Source of the DNA: Candidatus Bathyarchaeia archaeon
GTDB taxonomy: Archaea > Thermoproteota > Bathyarchaeia > Bathyarchaeales > Bathycorpusculaceae
Length of the DNA: 64,000 nucleotides
Direction: 5' to 3'
Assembly (NCBI GenBank): GCA_038883655.1
Contig: JAVZLQ010000001.1
Span: 128,001-192,000, forward strand
This document shows positions 57,498 to 64,000 of the stretch, piece after piece; within the stretch, counting starts at the first letter, position 1, and each line of letters begins with the position of its first letter. A program made the position numbers and the translations under genes. A model generated the notes under the pieces. It made no database searches. It was not told where the DNA came from and saw nothing but the letters and a program-made list of their open reading frames with translations.

Positions 57498-58853
57498 ATG
57501 GGCTGTTTTAGCATGGTATCCGCGGTAATGCACATAGGCTTAGACGACACGGACTCAACTAGAAAGGGATGCACAACATACATTGCCGCAGTTCTAGTGG
57601 AAGAACTGCAAAAAATAGGCGCTGATTTCATTGATTATCCAAACCTTGTACGGTTAAACCCAAATGTTCCGTGGAAAACCCGTGGAAACGGCGCCTTATG
57701 CTTGAGAATAAGATACAGCGAAAATGTTGAGGAGAGGATTAAAGAGACCGTTATAGGCGCCGTTGAAGAGCTCGCAGACATGCATTTTAGGGGCACAGAC
57801 CCTGGCATAGTATTTCTCAAGACCGCAAAGGTCCCAGCGATGGTTAAGGCTTTTGCGAAGAGCACCATAACTGGAATTGTAACCTTAAAAGAAGCTTTGA
57901 AGCTCATAAAGCGTTTTGGCGCTGAAGCTCTTGGATATAACAGTGGAAGAGGCATAATTGGCAGTTTAGCCGCTGTCGGCGAGACGCTTGAGGGAGACCA
58001 CACCTACGAGATTTTGGCTTACAGAGTGCCCGAAAATTACGGTTTAAAAAGGATGGTGGATGAGGAATCAATTTTTGAAATGGATAAGGCAACGGCACCC
58101 TACACTTTTAACAATGTTGATTTGGAAAAGCGTAGGATAATTATTACTCCCAGGGGTCCAGACCCGATACTTTTTGGGATTCGCGGAGAAACTCCAGAAA
58201 TTGTTAAGAAAGCCTTTAGAATGGTTAAGCCTCTTGAGCCTGTTGAGCGCTGGGTAATTTTCAGAACAAATCAAGGAACAGATGCGCATCTAAAGCGCGT
58301 TAAGAGTGTATGCGAAGTTAAGCCCTACAACCCAGTGATTGTCCGAGGACTTGTTTCTGTAAACCCAAGGATTGTTCCAAGGCGGCACGTGATTTTTCCA
58401 ATAAAAGATGAAACTGCACAGGTGGATTGTGCGGCTTACGAGCCAACTGGAACCTTGCGCAAAATTGCACGAAAATTGATTGTGGGAGACTTTGTTGAGG
58501 TTTATGGTGGTGTCCGCCCACCCTCACGTAATCACCCATTAACCATAAACCTTGAGAAGATCCGCATACTCAAACTTGCGCCAAAAACCGTATTTCATAA
58601 TCCGCTGTGTCCAAAGTGTGGTAAAAGGCTGAAGTCTGTGGGCGAAAATAAGGGTTTCAAATGCGAAGCTTGCGGTTCGCGTTATGTCAAACTTAAGAAA
58701 GTCGAAGTTAAAGTCAAACGCAATTTGAAGAAGGGCTTGTATATAACGTCTACAAGGTCGCAGAGGCATTTAACAAAACCAGCCGTTCGGTACGGCATGG
58801 AAAAGCCTAAGGGCGCATGTGTGAGGCTTATTGATGGTTGGCATTTTCCGTAG
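57498..58853 (+). CDS. tiaS: tRNA(Ile2) 2-agmatinylcytidine synthetase
   Basis: IGLDDTDS..GCTTY, LVRLNPNVPWKTRGNGA, GRGIIG, TNQGTDAH, AYEPT, CPKC...CEAC, RHLTKP. Confidence 0.94.
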   Translation: MGCFSMVSAVMHIGLDDTDSTRKGCTTYIAAVLVEELQKIGADFIDYPNLVRLNPNVPWKTRGNGALCLRIRYSENVEERIKETVIGAVEELADMHFRGTDPGIVFLKTAKVPAMVKAFAKSTITGIVTLKEALKLIKRFGAEALGYNSGRGIIGSLAAVGETLEGDHTYEILAYRVPENYGLKRMVDEESIFEMDKATAPYTFNNVDLEKRRIIITPRGPDPILFGIRGETPEIVKKAFRMVKPLEPVERWVIFRTNQGTDAHLKRVKSVCEVKPYNPVIVRGLVSVNPRIVPRRHVIFPIKDETAQVDCAAYEPTGTLRKIARKLIVGDFVEVYGGVRPPSRNHPLTINLEKIRILKLAPKTVFHNPLCPKCGKRLKSVGENKGFKCEACGSRYVKLKKVEVKVKRNLKKGLYITSTRSQRHLTKPAVRYGMEKPKGACVRLIDGWHFP

Positions 58854-58856
58854 TGG

Positions 58857-59132
58857 CTAGTCTTCGCGAACCTTGAAGATTTCGCAGAGCAATCGATAAA
58901 GTTCATCTCCTCCCTCAACTTTTGAGAATAGGTCTTTTTCTGCTTTCAATATTCTGCCAACTGCCTGGTACGTTTGTCTCCATTCAAGTTCCTTCCACAT
59001 CAAGCGATAGTTTTTAAGTTCAATCCATGCCCTGAAAATCAGAACAGCGAACATGCCAAGAGTTAACATCAAGTTTAACATGTACAGCATTTCTAATCCG
59101 TCCGTATTTTCACCTCCGTTGGCGATTCGCAT
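58857..59132 (-). CDS. Hypothetical single-TM protein
   Basis: Hydrophobic N-terminal segment then an amphipathic helix; probable start near 59090. Confidence 0.55.
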   Translation of the reverse strand: MRIANGGENTDGLEMLYMLNLMLTLGMFAVLIFRAWIELKNYRLMWKELEWRQTYQAVGRILKAEKDLFSKVEGGDELYRLLCEIFKVRED

Positions 59133-59179
59133 TTCTATTTTGCAAAATGGTTAAATCAAACTTGCGATGACATAGCAAC

Positions 59180-59497
59180 GTGGTTCAGATGAGCGAGTTG
59201 ATTTCGCCCCTTATTTATCAACTTGGCATAGGCGGGGTAGGTGGCTTCATAGTCGGGTTCGCCTTAAAAAAATTAAGCAAACTAATAATAATGCTGATAG
59301 GACTTTTTATAATCGCCCTAATCTACCTCAGCACACAAGGAATAATCAATATAAATTATGATGCGCTTTGGAGAGCTGTGTCCAACTTCTTTGGGCTGGC
59401 TGGTGAGGCTTTCTCTTGGCTTGTGCATGTTTTATCGCTTATGCCTTTTGTTGGAAGCTTCATTGTTGGTTTCTTGCTTGGTTTTAAGCTTGGCTAA
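59180..59497 (+). CDS. FUN14-family membrane protein
   Basis: QLGIGGVGGFIVGFALKK, YLSTQGIININY, GFLLGFKLG. Confidence 0.88.
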   Translation: MVQMSELISPLIYQLGIGGVGGFIVGFALKKLSKLIIMLIGLFIIALIYLSTQGIININYDALWRAVSNFFGLAGEAFSWLVHVLSLMPFVGSFIVGFLLGFKLG

Positions 59498-59563
59498 TAT
59501 AAAGCGAAATAGTTTAAATGCTTGTGCATCCTTAATCCTTTGAAAATATGCTAATCGCTTTGT

Positions 59564-62380
59564 TTGGAGTGTTTAGCTTTGAAGTTCACTGCGGAAGAAT
59601 ACAGCGTTCCATTCTTTAAGGAGCTTGGTTATATTAGAAAATTGTGTCCAAAATGCGGCAAGTACTTTTGGACGCAGAATCCAAGCCAAGAAACATGCGG
59701 CGAGGCAAGTTCTGAGGAATGTGCCTTCTACACCTTCATAAATAACTCGCCAACAAAGAAAAGCTACACTTTGCGTGAAATGCGTGAAGCCTTCCTATCT
59801 TTCTTCGAAAAACGCGGGCACACAAGGATAAAACCGTACCCAGTTGTTGCACGTTGGAGAGACGACATATACCTTACACATGCAAGCATAATAGACTTTC
59901 AACCATACGTGACCAATGGGATTGCGCCACCACCAGCAAACCCTCTTGTGATTTCACAGCCTTGCATAAGGCTTGTCGACATAACAAATACTGGACCGAC
60001 ATTTGGTAGGCACCTAACAATTTTCGAGATGGGCGGGGCGCATGCTTTCAACTATCCAGACAAGGAGGTTTATTGGAAAGACCAGACTGTACGTTACCAT
60101 CATGAGTGGGCTACAAGCGAGTTGGGCGTAAAATCCGAGGAAATAGTTTACAAAGAAGAGGTTTGGTCTGGAGGTGGAAACGCTGGTCCATGCTTAGAGG
60201 CGGTGATTAGAGGGTTAGAGGTTGCCACACTAGTTTTCATGCAATACAAAGTCGTAAACGGCGAATTCATCAAACTTCCAATAAGAACAGTTGACCCAGG
60301 ATACGGCATAGACCGTTACACATGGCTTTCTCAAGGCGCACCAAGCGGTTTTCACGCTGTCTATGGCGATTTGCTCGACAAAATATTCAGTTTTGCTGGA
60401 ATAGCAGATGTTAACGAGAATTTGTTGTGTGCAGTTGCCAAGTTTTCTGGTTTGGTCAGTTTGGATAAGACTGCTAGTAGGTTGGAGTTTAGAAGGCGCG
60501 AAGCGGACCTTATTGGAGTGGACGTTGACGAACTGGACAAGTTTCTAGTTCCAATTGAAAATGCTTTTGCAGTTGCAGACCACACGAAATGCCTATGCTT
60601 CATGCTTGCTGAGGGCGTTGTTCCATCCAACATTCAAGAGGGTTATTTGGCGCGGCTAGTTTTCCGAAGAATCTACAGGCTTTTGAGGATGTTGGGCATA
60701 CCAGAGAAACTGTACGATATTGTTGACATGCAAATTAACTATTGGTCTAGGGACTTTCCGCATTTGAAGGAGATGCGCAACGAAATCATGGAGATAATAT
60801 CTGTAGAAGAGGAGAAGTATGGAGAAACGATAAAGCGCGGCGAGGGCATGGTTAAAAGAATATCAAGCGAATTAAAGGCTAAAAACCAGAATGAAATTCC
60901 AATTGAAACCCTAATAGAGCTTTATGATTCACATGGGCTTCCGCCAGAAATAGTCCAGTTGACCGCCGAGAACGAAGGCTTAAAGGTGAACATTCCAGAA
61001 AACTTTTACACCTTAATCGCACAAAAGCACCTACAAGCATCTAAAGCCGTTGAAGAGAAAAAACCACAAGAATGGCTTGAAGCAGAAGTTGCCCAACTCC
61101 CAGAAACAGAACCGCTTTACTATGTTGACCAGTACATGCGTGAATTTGAGGCGAAGGTTCTCAAAGTAATAGACGGCGAATACGTTGTTCTTGACAGAAC
61201 ATGCTTTTATCCAGAAGGGGGCGGTCAACCCGCGGACGGCGGCTACCTAGAATCCAATGGAGAAAAAGCCGAAGTTGTCGACGTCCAAAAAGTTGGCAAG
61301 GTAATTGTTCACAAAATAGCTGGCGCAACTATTCCAAAGGAAGGCACAGTTATCAAAGGCGTTATCAACTGGGAAAAACGCTATGCGCTGATGAAGGCAC
61401 ACACGGCAACGCACCTAATCAACGGCGCTGCGAGGCGCGTTCTGGGACAACACGTCTGGCAGTTTGGAACACAAAAAGGTATAGAAAGCTCTAGACTCGA
61501 CATTTCACATTATCGCAGACTAACACTTGAAGAAGTGCACAAAATAGAGGCTTTAGCAAACCAAGCAATTCTACAAAACATGCGGGTAGAAACAAAGTGG
61601 ATGCCGCGCAACGAAGCCGAAAGCCAATACGGCTTTAGGCTTTACCAAGGTGGAGCGGTTCCAGGTAAAGAGATTCGTGTTGTGGCAACTGGTGACTGGG
61701 ACGTTGAAGCATGTGCTGGAACTCATCTAAAAAGCACGGGCGAAATTGGCTTCATAAAAATAATCCACTCCGAAAGGGTTCAAGACGGCGTTGAAAGGCT
61801 TGTTTATGCTGTTGGCGCCCAAGCCCTAAAGGTAGTTCAGGAAAAGGAGAAGCTGTTGTGGAAGGTGGCTGAAATCCTTAATGCGCCGTTGGAGAAGTTG
61901 GATAAGACTGCTGAAAGGCTTGTAAGAGAGCTTAAAGAGGCAAACGCAGAGAGAAGAAGGCTGATCAAGGAGTTAGCGAAAAAGGAGAGCGCTGTATTAA
62001 GCGAAAAGCCAGAGGAAAAGGCTGAAACCATAGGCGGCGTGAAGGTAATTCTGCGCGATTTCAGTGAGTCCACAGACGTTGATCGTATGGTTCAAACTGC
62101 AAGCGAAATAATTAGAAAAGACGCAAGCGTAACCGCAATCTTTTACGGGGCAGACGGAAAAAGCGCAAGAATCATGGTTATGGTTGGGAAAGAGGCGCTT
62201 GAAAAGGGCATAAACGCCCACGAAATAGTGCGGGAAGCATCGGCAATTATAGGCGGAGGGGGAGGGGGCAAACCGAACTTCGCTCAAGGCGGAGGAATAA
62301 AAATCGACAAGCTTCAAGAAGCTATTGAAAAAGCAAAGGAAATTTTGAAGAAGCAACTAAAACATCACAAAGCGAATTAA
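59564..62380 (+). CDS. alaS: Alanine--tRNA ligase (archaeal type)
   Basis: YPVVARWRDD, PPANPL, RHLTIFEM, ADHTK, YDSHG, FYPEGGGQ, HTATH, CAGTH, GGGGGK. Confidence 0.96.
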   Translation: MECLALKFTAEEYSVPFFKELGYIRKLCPKCGKYFWTQNPSQETCGEASSEECAFYTFINNSPTKKSYTLREMREAFLSFFEKRGHTRIKPYPVVARWRDDIYLTHASIIDFQPYVTNGIAPPPANPLVISQPCIRLVDITNTGPTFGRHLTIFEMGGAHAFNYPDKEVYWKDQTVRYHHEWATSELGVKSEEIVYKEEVWSGGGNAGPCLEAVIRGLEVATLVFMQYKVVNGEFIKLPIRTVDPGYGIDRYTWLSQGAPSGFHAVYGDLLDKIFSFAGIADVNENLLCAVAKFSGLVSLDKTASRLEFRRREADLIGVDVDELDKFLVPIENAFAVADHTKCLCFMLAEGVVPSNIQEGYLARLVFRRIYRLLRMLGIPEKLYDIVDMQINYWSRDFPHLKEMRNEIMEIISVEEEKYGETIKRGEGMVKRISSELKAKNQNEIPIETLIELYDSHGLPPEIVQLTAENEGLKVNIPENFYTLIAQKHLQASKAVEEKKPQEWLEAEVAQLPETEPLYYVDQYMREFEAKVLKVIDGEYVVLDRTCFYPEGGGQPADGGYLESNGEKAEVVDVQKVGKVIVHKIAGATIPKEGTVIKGVINWEKRYALMKAHTATHLINGAARRVLGQHVWQFGTQKGIESSRLDISHYRRLTLEEVHKIEALANQAILQNMRVETKWMPRNEAESQYGFRLYQGGAVPGKEIRVVATGDWDVEACAGTHLKSTGEIGFIKIIHSERVQDGVERLVYAVGAQALKVVQEKEKLLWKVAEILNAPLEKLDKTAERLVRELKEANAERRRLIKELAKKESAVLSEKPEEKAETIGGVKVILRDFSESTDVDRMVQTASEIIRKDASVTAIFYGADGKSARIMVMVGKEALEKGINAHEIVREASAIIGGGGGGKPNFAQGGGIKIDKLQEAIEKAKEILKKQLKHHKAN

Positions 62381-62456
62381 ACCAGCTTTTTCGTGGCAAG
62401 TTTAAAATACTTTCATACACATAAACCAAAGGCAAAATGTATCGGAGAAAAGGTAT

Positions 62457-62810
62457 ATGCCAATCAATTTAGATGCTCTTGCAATCAACATAATAATAAA
62501 CATAATCGTCATTTCGCCAGTCCTGTGGCTTGCTGGAATAGCCCTCGTTGGAAGACGAAAGGCAAAATTCACAGATGCCATATGGATAACGGTTCTCGGA
62601 ACAATTGTTGCCACGTTTTTCGGCGCCTTCTTTGTGGGCATAATTGCATCAATAATCCAGCTCATATTGTGGCTTGCGCTCGTAAAGCACTTCTTTGACT
62701 GCGGTTGGCTTATGGCGCTAGCAATAAGCATTTTGGCAGTAGCAATATTTGTGGTTATAGTGACTTTGCTGAAACTTATAGGAATAGTTGTTTGGTCGAT
62801 TTGGTTCTAA
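62457..62810 (+). CDS. Hypothetical small multi-pass membrane protein
   Basis: Four hydrophobic segments; LVKHFFDCGWL. Confidence 0.7.
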   Translation: MPINLDALAINIIINIIVISPVLWLAGIALVGRRKAKFTDAIWITVLGTIVATFFGAFFVGIIASIIQLILWLALVKHFFDCGWLMALAISILAVAIFVVIVTLLKLIGIVVWSIWF

Positions 62811-62872
62811 TAGCTGCACGAAATTTTTATAACCACTGCACAAAAATAATCAAGAACCACGGTTGCGAGGAG

Positions 62873-63070
62873 ATGCAAATGGTTAACCTAAACAAGATTG
62901 ACTCTCTCATAATTGAAACCTTAAAGAATGCTGACAAAGATCTGACGCTTGCTGAAATTGCTGAAAAAACTGGAATACCTGAAAAAAAGGTTTTCACTTC
63001 TCTACGCAAACTCTTTGAAAATGAGATAGTTGACTGCGAAAATCGCCGCTACAGACTTGCAAAAAAGTAA
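62873..63070 (+). CDS. Small HTH protein
   Basis: LTLAEIAEKTGIPEKKVFTSLRKL; GAGGAG just upstream (start 62873 or 62879). Confidence 0.72.
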   Translation: MQMVNLNKIDSLIIETLKNADKDLTLAEIAEKTGIPEKKVFTSLRKLFENEIVDCENRRYRLAKK

Positions 63071-63182
63071 AGGATTAAAGCAAGTTAGGCGTTATACTCT
63101 TTGGTGTTTGATGTGAGGGACAGCGTTCTCCACGACTAAGGGCAAAACATTTAATACTCCTCAAACCAATTCAGAAAACTTT

Positions 63183-64000
63183 ATGGAATTTTTAAATAAA
63201 ACCGAAGAAAAATGGCAAAAGCGCTGGGATGAAGCCAAAATTTTCGAGGCAAACCCAGACCCAGCTAAGCCAAAATACTTCATAACTGTGGCTTACCCAT
63301 ACCCAAACTCACCTCAACACATTGGACACGCAAGAACCTACACATTGGCTGACGTACACGCGAGATACATGCGAATGCGCGGCTACAACGTGTTATTGCC
63401 AATGGCTTTCCACTACACTGGCACGCCAGTCCTAGCAATGGCGAAACGCCTAGCAGAAAACGATGAAGAACTAATCAAAGACTTCGTTGAAGTCTACAAA
63501 ATCCCAAAGGAAAAACTAACGGAGTTAACTGACCCATTAAACATGGCGCACTATTTTCACGAAGAAATCAAGGAAGGAATGAAAAGAATAGGGTTTTCCA
63601 TAGACTGGAGGCGTGAGTTCACAACAATAGACCCGCAATATAACCGTTTCATAGAGTGGCAATTCGAAAAACTACGTGAAAAAGGTTACATAACCCGCGG
63701 AAGCCACCCAGTCGGCTGGTGCCCAAGATGCGGCAACCCAGTCGGTCAACATGACACCGTCGGCGACGTGGAGCCAGAAATAGGCGAGTTCACACTAATA
63801 AAATTCAAACAAGGCGAGACCATCTTTCCAACGGCGACGCTTCGCCCAGAAACAGTTTTCGGCGTAACAAACATTTGGGTAAATCCAAAAGCCAAATACG
63901 TAAAAGCCATTGTTGACGGCGAAGAATGGGTTGTAAGCCAAGAAGCTGCAGAAAAACTCACCTATCTAAACCACAAAGTCAAAGTCCTCGAAACATTTGA
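63183..64000 (+). CDS. leuS: Leucine--tRNA ligase, 5' part (runs off the window)
   Basis: Manual translation MEFLNKTEEKWQKRW...KYFITVAYPYPNSPQHIGHART...FHYTGTP...IDWRREFTT...ATLRPET; HIGH motif. Confidence 0.93.
   Translation, partial: MEFLNKTEEKWQKRWDEAKIFEANPDPAKPKYFITVAYPYPNSPQHIGHARTYTLADVHARYMRMRGYNVLLPMAFHYTGTPVLAMAKRLAENDEELIKDFVEVYKIPKEKLTELTDPLNMAHYFHEEIKEGMKRIGFSIDWRREFTTIDPQYNRFIEWQFEKLREKGYITRGSHPVGWCPRCGNPVGQHDTVGDVEPEIGEFTLIKFKQGETIFPTATLRPETVFGVTNIWVNPKAKYVKAIVDGEEWVVSQEAAEKLTYLNHKVKVLETF

Overview
Gene-dense archaeal chromosomal segment. Evidence: rpoK, rps26e, EF-1beta, FEN1, CDC48, TiaS, archaeal-type SAM synthetase, AlaRS, LeuRS and an arcadin-1-like gene; a TACK lineage such as Bathyarchaeia is my inference. 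Most genes are housekeeping (translation, tRNA/rRNA modification, nucleotide and lipid metabolism), with a small defence insertion (fused restriction-modification enzyme plus orphan AbrB antitoxin). I found no rRNA, tRNA, CRISPR array or transposase. Two signals stand out. (1) The protein-L-isoaspartate methyltransferase gene (pcm) is split by a 32-nt insertion (30286-30317) that folds into a bulge-helix-bulge motif; cutting at the standard BHB positions restores the frame and the conserved TISAPHMV motif, so it looks like an mRNA intron in a gene other than cbf5. (2) A six-gene module at 49940-55046 holds two paralogous small proteins, two Cys-free ArsA/Get3-family ATPases (one with a natural switch-I Asp->Asn change), a CstA transporter and a membrane-anchored protein resembling eukaryotic CCDC47/DUF1682. 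Other oddities: a 44-nt exact repeat between the two CDC48 Walker A motifs, a strong orientation-independent G+T versus A+C strand-skew switch near a repeat-bearing intergenic region, and an unannotated CdrS/aCcr1-like RHH gene. All family assignments come from motif recognition, not from database searches.
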